Shown here one piece after another: positions 1 to 8,754 of a stretch of DNA of 64,000 nt; within the stretch, counting starts at the first letter, position 1; each line of letters begins with the position of its first letter. Made by a program: the position numbers and the translations under genes. This stretch comes from Bacillota bacterium (GTDB lineage: Bacteria > Bacillota > Dethiobacteria > DTU022). The notes beneath the pieces are model-generated. The model was not told where the DNA came from. It was given only the letters and a program-made list of their open reading frames with translations, and did no database searches. The stretch covers positions 179,136 to 243,135 of the forward strand of contig JAWSUE010000001.1 in assembly GCA_033549065.1 (NCBI GenBank), written 5' to 3'.

Positions 1-2130
1 TTGTTGAGCTAATACTGTTGTAGGAACTAGTACTGCTACCTGTTTTCCTTCCATAATAACTTTAAAAGCTGCACGCATAGCCACTTCCGTTTTTCCATAA
101 CCTACATCACCACAAATCAATCGATCCATAGGATGGCTCTTTTCCAGATCCAGCTTAACCTCTTGAATAGCACGCATTTGATCCTGTGTCTCATCATAAG
201 GAAAATACGACTCAAAATCCTGCTGCCACGGATGATCAGGACCGTACTGATAACCTTCAGTAGCTTCTCTGGCAGCATAGAGCGCCAGCAATTCACCCGC
301 CAGTTCTTCAACCGAACGGTGAACCCTGCTCTTCAATCGCTGCCATTCGCTGCCGCCTAAACTATGCAGCCGTGGCGGAGGTGCATCTCCTCCCGAATAT
401 TTTTGGATTAGCTGAACCTGTTCCACAGGGATGAAAAGCTTATCAGTTCCCCTGTATTTTAAATGAAGGTAATCACGTTTTACTCCGCTTATTTCCAAGG
501 TTTTTATCCCTTGGTACTTTCCTATACCATGCTGTTCGTGAACCACATAGTCACCAGGTTCAAGTTCACGATAATTACTTAAACGTATTCCCCCATAATC
601 GGCCGGTTTTCGCTTCTTTTTATGTCGGGGAAGCAAATGTTGGGTGGAAATAACTGCTAATTTTATACTGGAAATAAGAAAACCTTCGTCAAGATTTGCT
701 ACGCGTATCGGTAGTGGTTCTGTCAAATAGCTTTTTAAACCTTTACTCTCCTGCTCCGATGTTGCACAAATTATTACCTTAAATCCTTCTTTCTTAAAGG
801 TCTGGTAGTCGCTGTTAAAAAGCTGCCATTGCCCGTGATAATAGGGGATACTTTTACTTTCGATACAGTAATCCTCACTTGTTTGTAGTAAATTTTTCCC
901 CTCCGGAAATAATGAAAAACTTACCAGGGGACAGGATATATTGGTATAAAGCTCATTTTCTTTCAGAATAAAATCTCTTCCGGCAGCCAATTCCAGAAGT
1001 TCAATAATCTTGTTAACACTATGGTCATTGATCTCATTTCGTAATGTATTCCCTTTTTCAAAGAGGATTCCAGGTTCCTCTACTAAAACCAGGTAATCTG
1101 AGTCGATATAATCAAGCAGCGAAGAACCGTTTCCATAAAAGTAAGGGAAATAAATACTCAGCATATCCAGGCCATCAGGTTGCATTAACCGTTCCAGATG
1201 ACTTTCAACCTGTTGATTTAAAAAAGAAGCTGATTCATGATCTCCCCGCCTGCGAAGGTTGGCAGCCGCTTTGTCAAGTTTCAGGCGAATCTCTTTCTCG
1301 CCGGTTTCCTTTAGATCTCCTGAAATAATAAGTTCGCTGGCCGGTAGTATTAAAAGTTGATCTACATTTTTTGTTGAACGCTGGGTAAGGGGATCATAAT
1401 TCCTAATAGATTCAACCAGGTTATCATAAAGCGCTAGACGATGAGGGTGGTTTCGTCCGGTTGGATAAATATCTATGATATCGCCCCTTACGCTGAACTG
1501 ACCTCCTTTTTCTGCTAAAGTAACTCTTTCATAACCAAGATCAACCAATTGAGCAATCAGATTTTCCCGGTTGAGAGTGGAACCCGGTTTAACTTCTATT
1601 GCCAGGCTGTACCAAATCTCCGGAGGGATAACCCTGGTAAGCAGTGCCTGGTTTGTTGTTACATATACACCGGAGCCCCTGTTCCCAAGCCACTCGTAAA
1701 ATCCCATTCGCATTGCTGAATATTCTTCACTGCGAGATATTACTTCACTGCTTATGAATAACTCTCTGGAAGGTAATGATCTGACTTTGCCTGGTAAAAA
1801 TACAGATAAATCGGCATACATCTTTTCTGCACGGGCATTATCAGCAGTGATCACAATAGCAGGTTTTTCATTGTTTAATACCAATGCTGCCATGAAAAAT
1901 GCTCTTGCGCTACCATCAAGACCACTAACTGACAACCTGGTTTTGTTGTTATTAGTCAACTTAGTTATAATCTCATTGAAGAGTTCAAGGTCTCTCCATA
2001 ACCCTAATATGTCATTAAACAATAGAAAGTTCTCTCCGTTTCCTGCTGATATGAGTACAACAAAAGAAAGGGGATTTTTTATCCCCCAGGCAAGTGAATA
2101 AATTATATCTTTCGGGCCAGTTAGAGTCAA
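1..2130 (-). CDS. mfd: Transcription-repair coupling factor Mfd, partial (N-terminal ~700 aa; C-terminus runs off the window start). It is absent from the ORF track because no stop codon falls inside the window.
   Basis: My own minus-strand translation gives the N-terminal '...LSVSGLDGSARAFFMAALVLNNEKPAIVITADNARAEKM...' and, near nt 90-150, the helicase motif I 'LICGDVGYGKTEVAMRAAFKVIMEGKQVAVLVPTTVLAQQ'. It sits next to pth, as mfd does in Bacillus. The start is probably TTG at 2130, with an in-frame TAA at 2138-2140; the start is uncertain. Confidence 0.75.
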   Translation of the reverse strand, partial: MTLTGPKDIIYSLAWGIKNPLSFVVLISAGNGENFLLFNDILGLWRDLELFNEIITKLTNNNKTRLSVSGLDGSARAFFMAALVLNNEKPAIVITADNARAEKMYADLSVFLPGKVRSLPSRELFISSEVISRSEEYSAMRMGFYEWLGNRGSGVYVTTNQALLTRVIPPEIWYSLAIEVKPGSTLNRENLIAQLVDLGYERVTLAEKGGQFSVRGDIIDIYPTGRNHPHRLALYDNLVESIRNYDPLTQRSTKNVDQLLILPASELIISGDLKETGEKEIRLKLDKAAANLRRRGDHESASFLNQQVESHLERLMQPDGLDMLSIYFPYFYGNGSSLLDYIDSDYLVLVEEPGILFEKGNTLRNEINDHSVNKIIELLELAAGRDFILKENELYTNISCPLVSFSLFPEGKNLLQTSEDYCIESKSIPYYHGQWQLFNSDYQTFKKEGFKVIICATSEQESKGLKSYLTEPLPIRVANLDEGFLISSIKLAVISTQHLLPRHKKKRKPADYGGIRLSNYRELEPGDYVVHEQHGIGKYQGIKTLEISGVKRDYLHLKYRGTDKLFIPVEQVQLIQKYSGGDAPPPRLHSLGGSEWQRLKSRVHRSVEELAGELLALYAAREATEGYQYGPDHPWQQDFESYFPYDETQDQMRAIQEVKLDLEKSHPMDRLICGDVGYGKTEVAMRAAFKVIMEGKQVAVLVPTTVLAQQ

Positions 2131-2363
2131 CCAGGTTTAATGAACTCCAATATAACCAGCTTAACCATTCCTTTTTACGTCTGACATGTGACCTTTATAC
2201 GTCATTTCTATGCCCGCATTTTTAATCAAATATGTTGCTTAACACGCGCTATATGAGAGCTTTATAAAAATATTAAATTTCTTTTTATCCGGATCACCTT
2301 TGAAACTCGTGATTTATGCTAATCAGATTAAAAATATATTTTATAGTTTTCTGTCACAAATGT

Positions 2364-2379
2364 TGGCATGAAGATTGCT
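2364..2379 (+). promoter_or_regulatory. Sigma-54 (-24/-12) promoter TGGCAT-N5-TTGCT upstream of the FNT gene
   Basis: The sequence tGGCATgaagaTTGCt fits TGGCAC-N5-TTGCW with GG/GC spacing exactly right, about 65 nt upstream of ATG 2445. A sigma-54 activator is encoded 4 kb downstream. Confidence 0.6.
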
Positions 2380-2444
2380 TTATAGTAACTCAGAGGAACA
2401 GTAAATTTGCTTCTAAATATTATTAAAGAAAGGAGGCAGTAATA

Positions 2445-3533
2445 ATGGCTGAGAAATGTTCATTCTGGAACGAGTACGATTCGATTGCAGGGCATGTTTG
2501 CTACTGTGAATTAGCTGCCTTCAACAGACCGGTAAATACCAACTTTCTGTCTGCAATCGGCTGTACTCCTGAAAAACGAAAGGAGTGCATGCTGAAGATG
2601 GAAAATGTGACCGGCATTGGAGTTGTACCTGAGGAACTCCCGGTTCCGGTATCTGTCCCGGCGGCAACTACACCCGTAACTTCATGCGATACCCCGGCAG
2701 AAATTGCCAGATCCGTTGTCGGTGTAGCTCAGAAAAAAGCTGCTACCGCGCCGGTTTCATTGATTATGCTTGCTCTTCTGGCTGGAGCATACATTGCGCT
2801 TGGAGCAGTTATGTTCACCATCATCACCAATGATCTTGCTGTATATATTGGTGATGGTCTTAGTCGTTTGGTCGGTGGCATATCTTTCTCCATCGGTCTG
2901 ATTCTGGTAATCCTCGGAGGGGCTGAACTTTTTACAGGAAATAACCTGTTGGTCACAGGATATCTGGATAAAAAAGTGAGCGGCAGGCAGGTTTTGAACA
3001 ATTGGGTATGGGTTTACCTGTTCAACTTTGCCGGAGCACTATTAGTGGTTGCCTTATTCTACTTCTCAGGCATCTGGAAAGCTAACGACGGCAGCATCGC
3101 TCTCAGGGTCATCAATATCGCTTATGCCAAATCAACTCTCACCTGGGGTGAGGCGCTTTTCAGAGGCATACTGTGCAATTGGCTGGTCTGCCTCGCAGTT
3201 TGGTTATCCCTGGCAGGAAAAGATGCCATAAGCAAGATCCTGGGAATAATGATTCCGATTACAGCATTTGTCGCTGCTGGATTTGAGCACTCAATTGCCA
3301 ACATGTATTTTGTCCCAATGGGTATTATGGTTAAAAACAATATATTTATTCAGGGACTGGTTTCTCCGGCAATACTGCAGTCTATCAGCTGGCAGTCATT
3401 TTTCCTGAACAACCTGATTCCCGTTACTATAGGCAACATCATAGGTGGAGTTGTTTTTGTTGCTGTTGCTTACTGGACATGTTACCTTCGCCCGACCATG
3501 TCAGATAAACTAATCACCAATGGAAGATCCTAG
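2445..3533 (+). CDS. Formate/nitrite transporter (FNT) family channel with a ~70-aa N-terminal cysteine-rich cytoplasmic domain plus a Pro/Thr linker
   Basis: FNT signature 'AAGFEHSIANMYFVP' and six TM segments are present. The N-terminus 'CSFWNEYDSIAGHVCYC...GCTPEKRKEC..MENVTGIGVVPEE' is paralogous to ORF 3575-3838. A strong RBS 'aaaggagg' precedes the start. Confidence 0.8.
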   Translation: MAEKCSFWNEYDSIAGHVCYCELAAFNRPVNTNFLSAIGCTPEKRKECMLKMENVTGIGVVPEELPVPVSVPAATTPVTSCDTPAEIARSVVGVAQKKAATAPVSLIMLALLAGAYIALGAVMFTIITNDLAVYIGDGLSRLVGGISFSIGLILVILGGAELFTGNNLLVTGYLDKKVSGRQVLNNWVWVYLFNFAGALLVVALFYFSGIWKANDGSIALRVINIAYAKSTLTWGEALFRGILCNWLVCLAVWLSLAGKDAISKILGIMIPITAFVAAGFEHSIANMYFVPMGIMVKNNIFIQGLVSPAILQSISWQSFFLNNLIPVTIGNIIGGVVFVAVAYWTCYLRPTMSDKLITNGRS

Positions 3534-3574
3534 CTGCAGACAGCCCTGGATTTAAAAGGTGAGGAGGGAGTATC

Positions 3575-3838
3575 ATGAAAAAGATGGTTAACTGCACAAA
3601 TTGGAAAGAGTACCAGAGTTTGAACGGTTGGGTTATGTTCTGCAGTGCCGGGGCTTACGGCCGCAAGTTAACCGTTGAAGAAGCAAGAAGCTGCGGCTGC
3701 ACCGAATTGCAGAGGCAAAAATGCAAGAAATTGATGGAAAACAATGTAGGCTTTGGCCTTGTTCCTGAAGTAAATGAAGAATCTTTTGTTCTCGAAAAAC
3801 ATACCCACCTAGAACCGATTCTTACCAGGAAGCATTAA
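3575..3838 (+). CDS. Small standalone Cys-rich protein, paralog of the FNT N-terminal domain
   Basis: Four Cys align between the two copies. The conserved pattern is C-x2-W-x-EY-x-S-x2-G-x-V-x2-C ... GCT-x-E-x-R-x2-C-x-K-x-MEN-x2-G-x-G-x-VPE. RBS is GGAGGG. Confidence 0.6.
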   Translation: MKKMVNCTNWKEYQSLNGWVMFCSAGAYGRKLTVEEARSCGCTELQRQKCKKLMENNVGFGLVPEVNEESFVLEKHTHLEPILTRKH

Positions 3839-3875
3839 TATTATGAAGATTAGCCCATTGACATTATTTAATAAA

Positions 3876-3908
3876 GAGCCCCGGCTTTTCTTTCGGGGCT
3901 TTTTATTT
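3876..3908 (+). terminator. Rho-independent terminator after the small Cys-rich gene
   Basis: GC hairpin GCCCCGG...CGGGGC followed by TTTTTATTT. Confidence 0.6.
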
Positions 3909-3990
3909 CAGAATTGAAGGATAAAGAAAGCATTTTACCGAATACTTGAGCAAAATATACTGAAATTATTTCCAAAGGAAGGTCCGAAAT

Positions 3991-5160
3991 ATGTATATCA
4001 GCAAATTTGTGACCCCGGAAATAATCTTTGGCACCGGCTCATTAAACCAAATAGGCGAATGCTGCAGCCGGCTCGGTTCATCGAAGGTATTTCTTGTTGC
4101 CGACCAGGGAGTTGTCCGCTGCGGGTGGGTTAATAAAGCTCTATCCTTTCTAGAGGAAGCCGGCATGGAATACCGTATATGGTCGGATTTTTCAGCCAAC
4201 CCCCGCGACTACGAAGTTGAAGATGGGCTTAAGCAGTATATGGAAGCAGGCTGTGATGCAGTTTTAGCAATCGGCGGGGGAAGCGCTGTCGATGCAGCCA
4301 AAGCGGTTGCAACACTGTCGACAAACAAGGGGAAAATCCACGACTTTGAAGGCATTGACATGATTGATGAACCACTGCCGCCATTGATAGTTGTTTCCTC
4401 TACGGCCGGTTCTGGTGCAGAAGTATCCCAGTTTGCCATAATTTCTGATAGCCACAGAAAGATTAAGATGACTATTATTTCCAAATCACTGGTCCCTGAT
4501 ATAGCAATTTCTGATCCTCTGATTTTATCTACGATCAACAGCAAGGTAACCGCCCACACCGGTATGGAGGCATTGAGCCATGCAATTGAAGCCTATTTAT
4601 CACTGGCTGCAACTGATATAACTGATATTCATGCTCTTCAGTCCATTAAACTAATCTCTTCAAATCTTCGTTCTTCGGTAGCCAGCCAGGTCGATGAGGC
4701 AGCTAAAATCGCCATGGCACAAGCCAGTATCCATGCCGGTATTGCCTTTTCCAATGCAGTGCTTGGCCTGACACATGCCATGACGCATCAGGTGGGTGGT
4801 CTTTTAGACCTTCCAATCGGAACTATCAGCGCTGTTTTACTTCCCTATGTGATGCGCTTTAACCTGTTAGCCTGTGTAGACAAGTACGCATCCATAGCGA
4901 GGGCTATGGGAGCACAGACCGAGCATTTATCAAAAAGAGAAGCAGCTGAAAAAGCGATCGAACTTGTACAGGAATTGTCACATGATGTAGGCATACCTGC
5001 CGGATTGGCAGATCTGGGATTACCTGAGAAATCTATCCCGGAACTGAGCAGGAATGCCATGAACGATGCGTGCTTTATAACAAATCCCCGCGATGCAGAC
5101 GAAGAAGATATTGCCAGTATATTCCATGCAGCGCTTGAAATGCCTGGAGGTTTATGCTAA
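3991..5160 (+). CDS. Iron-containing (group III) alcohol dehydrogenase
   Basis: 'GGGSAVDAAKAVA' NAD-binding motif and His-rich metal-site region 'THAMTHQVGG', typical of Fe-ADH (FucO/EutG/DhaT-like). Confidence 0.8.
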   Translation: MYISKFVTPEIIFGTGSLNQIGECCSRLGSSKVFLVADQGVVRCGWVNKALSFLEEAGMEYRIWSDFSANPRDYEVEDGLKQYMEAGCDAVLAIGGGSAVDAAKAVATLSTNKGKIHDFEGIDMIDEPLPPLIVVSSTAGSGAEVSQFAIISDSHRKIKMTIISKSLVPDIAISDPLILSTINSKVTAHTGMEALSHAIEAYLSLAATDITDIHALQSIKLISSNLRSSVASQVDEAAKIAMAQASIHAGIAFSNAVLGLTHAMTHQVGGLLDLPIGTISAVLLPYVMRFNLLACVDKYASIARAMGAQTEHLSKREAAEKAIELVQELSHDVGIPAGLADLGLPEKSIPELSRNAMNDACFITNPRDADEEDIASIFHAALEMPGGLC

Positions 5161-6332
5161 TGGTTATTCAAAGTAAAAAAATATTAATTGAAAAATTAAC
5201 CGGGGTTCATAGCTCTAAGAAATCTTATTATGTGGCCCTGAAAAATAAAATAAACGAGTTGCTCGAAATCAAACGTGACTGGGAAGTCACCTTTTCTGCA
5301 GTAACCGATTTGCTTGTATTTATCAACAACAATTACGAAATACAGCGGGTAAATCAAGCTGCAATTGATTTTTTTACCATGCCGGAAAGCGATATAATAG
5401 GTTCAAAATGTTATCATCTTTTTTATGGGCGTGATACAAAATGTACCCCCTGCCTTGGGGATCAGGTATTAAGCTCTCAAAAGACATCATATTTACAATC
5501 GAGAACCCGGTTTAACCGTGTTCTCGATATTTTTGCTTACCCTGCATTTACAGAACTTTTTGAACCTTACGGCGTTACATACTATGCAAAGGATGTAACC
5601 CGTCTCGTCGACTCCATAAAATTAGTATCAATGGGTGAGATGTCTGCCGGTGTGGCACATGAGTTAAATAGCCCTTTAACTGCTATAGTTGGCAACTCAC
5701 AACTGCTGCTGCGGGAAACTCCTGAAGATAATCCACAATATCAACTAATCAAGGATATCCACAGTAGTGGCATAAGGTGTCAGCGAATTATTAAGAACCT
5801 GCTGACATTCTCCAGGCAGGAGGAGCTAAATTTCGAAGAAGTGGACATTAACACAGTTGTTGACAGCGCCCTTGCCCTGGCTGCATTTCAAATAGAAAAG
5901 AGCAAGATCCGGTTGGCAGTCAATAAAACTGCCGGTATACCAATGTTAACAGGCAGTCCTAACGGACTCGAACAGATAATTGTAAACCTCCTTCTTAATG
6001 CGAAGGATGCTGTTGAAGAAAAATTGAATAATGAAGGGAAAGGAGCAAAAGGAAAAATTGCTATTTCTACTAGAATTCACCCGGAAGGCGAACTGGTAAT
6101 AATCGATATAAAAGACAACGGCAGTGGGATTGCTGAAGAATATATTCCCCAGATCTTTAATCCATTTTATACCACTAAAAAAAGCGGCAAGGGAACCGGA
6201 CTCGGATTATCTGTGAGCCTCGGCATCGCCCAGGCACACGGCGGTTTTATCGATGTTGATACTGCTGTTGGCGAAGGAAGCACATTCAGTTTGATTCTGC
6301 CACTGCACAAAACAGAAAAAAACAACATTTAA
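5154..6332 (+). CDS. Cytoplasmic PAS-domain sensor histidine kinase (NtrB-like)
   Basis: No TM segment. PAS-like region with 'CYHLFYGRDTKCTPC'. H-box 'AGVAHELNSPLTAI'. HATPase N/G boxes 'NLLLNAKDA','DNGSGI','GTGLGLS'. Confidence 0.8.
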   Translation: MLMVIQSKKILIEKLTGVHSSKKSYYVALKNKINELLEIKRDWEVTFSAVTDLLVFINNNYEIQRVNQAAIDFFTMPESDIIGSKCYHLFYGRDTKCTPCLGDQVLSSQKTSYLQSRTRFNRVLDIFAYPAFTELFEPYGVTYYAKDVTRLVDSIKLVSMGEMSAGVAHELNSPLTAIVGNSQLLLRETPEDNPQYQLIKDIHSSGIRCQRIIKNLLTFSRQEELNFEEVDINTVVDSALALAAFQIEKSKIRLAVNKTAGIPMLTGSPNGLEQIIVNLLLNAKDAVEEKLNNEGKGAKGKIAISTRIHPEGELVIIDIKDNGSGIAEEYIPQIFNPFYTTKKSGKGTGLGLSVSLGIAQAHGGFIDVDTAVGEGSTFSLILPLHKTEKNNI

Positions 6333-6388
6333 TCTATATTTGATGCATTGAAAAGTATCTTAATTTCCTTTTAGCCGGAGGACTAAGC

Positions 6389-7897
6389 ATGACCAGGAAA
6401 GCAAAATTCTTCATTGTCGATGATGAACGGGAAGTATGCAATTTTTTCAGTTATCTTCTTCACCAAAAAGGCCATGATGTTGTAACTGCAACATCAGGAG
6501 TAGAAGCTACTGCAAAACTTAAAGAGCATAAATTTGATACTGCCCTCGTTGATTTAAAGCTGCCTGATGCAAATGGGCTTGATATTCTGAGAGAAATCAA
6601 GAAGAATCAACCCGACTGCGAAGTGATAATTATAACCGGTTATTCAACCGTTAAATCGGCTGTAGAAGCTATTCAGCTTGGCGCCTTTGATTATGTGGAA
6701 AAACCATTCGCCGATATTGAGGAAATGGAAAATTTACTGGAACGTTCATTGAACGTAAGAGAAGACACAGAAAAATTATTTCTTGAACAGCAGGAGCTTG
6801 GATTTATAATCGGGAAAAGCCACCGGATGATTAACCTGATATCTGCTGCTCAAAAAATCGCAAAAAAAAATATAACGGTTTTGATCCAGGGAGAAACAGG
6901 AACCGGCAAAGAAGTTCTGGCCAGATACATACATTCCGTCAGCCACCGTACTGATCGTCCATTTCTCGCTTTTAACTGCGGTGCATTTACAGAAACCCTG
7001 CTCGAAAGTGAGCTTTTCGGACACGAAAAGGGATCATTTACCGGGGCAACACACAAGAAAAAAGGCATTTTTGAACTGGCCCATAAAGCAACATTATTTC
7101 TTGATGAAATTGATTCGGCCAGTCCGGCTATTCAGATTAAACTGCTCCGGGTACTTGAAACTGGAGAATTCCTCAGGGTTGGCGGGGAAGAAATGTGCAA
7201 GGTTGATGTCAGAATTATTACAGCTACTAATGCAAATCTGGCGCAAAAAGTTGCAAACAATGAGTTCAGGGAAGATCTTTTCTACCGCCTCGATGTCGCA
7301 TCTCTTCATATACCACCCCTTCGTGAAAGACCTGAGGACATTGAGCTGTTTATTGATTACTTCCTGGACAAAGAATCCCAATTAAAACAAATACCTATGA
7401 AAAAATTCTCTACTGAAGCTATTGAACTGATAAAAAAACATGATTGGCCGGGAAATATCCGGGAGCTCTCAAACACTGTTGCCCAGTCACTACTGCTCAG
7501 CAAAGGATCACTTATTGAGGTTGAAGATCTTCCGGAAAGAATCAGCAGATGTCTACCGGAACAGGCACCCGATAAGGCATATGATGACCCTTCTGCTGCC
7601 GGAAAACAATTCGAATCATTTATATCTGTTGATTCCGAAGGTGCAAATCTGGCAGAACAGTTAATTAAGTTCGAGAATATACTCTTTAAGACTATAAATT
7701 ACCGGAGAGGCTTTAATTTTGAGCTTTTCAGTAATGAAATAAACTGTTGGCGGGATAACTTGATGGCAAAAATCATTGAAAATGCACTTGAAGATACTTA
7801 CGGAAATCAGGTTAAAGCAGCTCAATTGCTGGGCATAACTCCCCGTGCACTAAGATACCATCTGCAAAAACCAAAAAATTCGTCGACCCGCAGATAG
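6389..7897 (+). CDS. Sigma-54-dependent response regulator (NtrC family: REC + AAA+ + Fis HTH)
   Basis: REC 'FFIVDDE...VDLKLPD'. Walker A 'GETGTGKE'. GAFTGA-type 'EKGSFTGA'. C-terminal HTH 'AAQLLGITPRALRYHLQK'. Confidence 0.85.
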   Translation: MTRKAKFFIVDDEREVCNFFSYLLHQKGHDVVTATSGVEATAKLKEHKFDTALVDLKLPDANGLDILREIKKNQPDCEVIIITGYSTVKSAVEAIQLGAFDYVEKPFADIEEMENLLERSLNVREDTEKLFLEQQELGFIIGKSHRMINLISAAQKIAKKNITVLIQGETGTGKEVLARYIHSVSHRTDRPFLAFNCGAFTETLLESELFGHEKGSFTGATHKKKGIFELAHKATLFLDEIDSASPAIQIKLLRVLETGEFLRVGGEEMCKVDVRIITATNANLAQKVANNEFREDLFYRLDVASLHIPPLRERPEDIELFIDYFLDKESQLKQIPMKKFSTEAIELIKKHDWPGNIRELSNTVAQSLLLSKGSLIEVEDLPERISRCLPEQAPDKAYDDPSAAGKQFESFISVDSEGANLAEQLIKFENILFKTINYRRGFNFELFSNEINCWRDNLMAKIIENALEDTYGNQVKAAQLLGITPRALRYHLQKPKNSSTRR

Positions 7898-7925
7898 CAA
7901 ACTCCTAAATAGTTGTTACAGAAAA

Positions 7926-8753
7926 TTACCGGTGAACCGGATATGAACCGAGCAGCTTTAAAAAGGGAACAGCCCCTTCAATGCTCTTCCATAATTCTTC
8001 TCTTCCAGGTTCATTTCGGTGCCCTTCACAGTCTATAAAAAACAGCCAATCTCCGATTATCTGCCTTGAAGGACGAGATTCAATCCGGGTCAGGTTAATA
8101 TTACGCTCAGCAAAAAATCCTAAAATCTTGTACAGACTGCCGGCACCGTCGGGTATAGTCATAACCAGGGAAGTCTTGTCATTTCCTGTGGGAGGATGAT
8201 CAGCATGGGAAAGCACAATAAACCTGGTTTGGTTTTCTACAACATCCTGAATTCCTTCCTTTAAAATACAGAGATTAAATAGATCAGCTGCTCTTTTAGG
8301 AGCAATCGCAGCAGCATCCTGAAAACAGGAAACCAATCTGGCAGCAGCAGCAGTGCTCTCAACAGGGATAAGCTCAGCATGCTTGAATTTATTTTCAAGA
8401 AATCCAGCACACTGACCCAAAGCATGAGGATGAGAAATAACCTGTAGGATATCTTCAAATTTTATTTTTTCAACAGCCATCAGGCACTGCCTGATGGGAC
8501 AAATAATTTCATGACTGATATAAATCTCTGACAAACGCACCAGGTGGTCAAGAGTTGCCGCTATCCCCCCTTCTAGATTATTATCAAGAGGTACGATACT
8601 TTCTTCAACCTCTGAATCGACCACTGCTTTTATTACAGAAGGAATCGTTGGATATTCAATTAATTCCATATCTCTTTTACGACAATAGATCATAGCTGCT
8701 TCTTCGGAAAAAGTACCTCCCGGACCCAAAAAACCTAATTTTTTTCGTATCAA
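7926..8753 (-). CDS. pheA: Prephenate dehydratase (PDT + ACT domain)
   Basis: 'TRIESRPSR' ACT region and PDT-domain conservation. 275 aa. Confidence 0.75.
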   Translation of the reverse strand: MIRKKLGFLGPGGTFSEEAAMIYCRKRDMELIEYPTIPSVIKAVVDSEVEESIVPLDNNLEGGIAATLDHLVRLSEIYISHEIICPIRQCLMAVEKIKFEDILQVISHPHALGQCAGFLENKFKHAELIPVESTAAAARLVSCFQDAAAIAPKRAADLFNLCILKEGIQDVVENQTRFIVLSHADHPPTGNDKTSLVMTIPDGAGSLYKILGFFAERNINLTRIESRPSRQIIGDWLFFIDCEGHRNEPGREELWKSIEGAVPFLKLLGSYPVHR

Positions 8754-8754
8754 T

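Noticed and set aside
2131-2363. Enhancer (UAS) palindromes for the sigma-54 activator upstream of the -24/-12 element
   Set aside because: Only weak imperfect repeats (e.g. TGACATGTGACC...CGTCA) are present. Nothing convincing, so none is reported as a feature.
4209-4559. Antisense or shadow ORFs inside well-supported genes (e.g. 4209-4559 -, 35635-36111 +, 43846-44286 +, 44635-45231 +, 11786-12067 +, 10777-10971 -)
   Set aside because: They lie opposite or out of frame within strongly conserved CDSs (adh, oppD, ABC ATPases, permease, prs, ctc). Their composition is typical of antisense translation.
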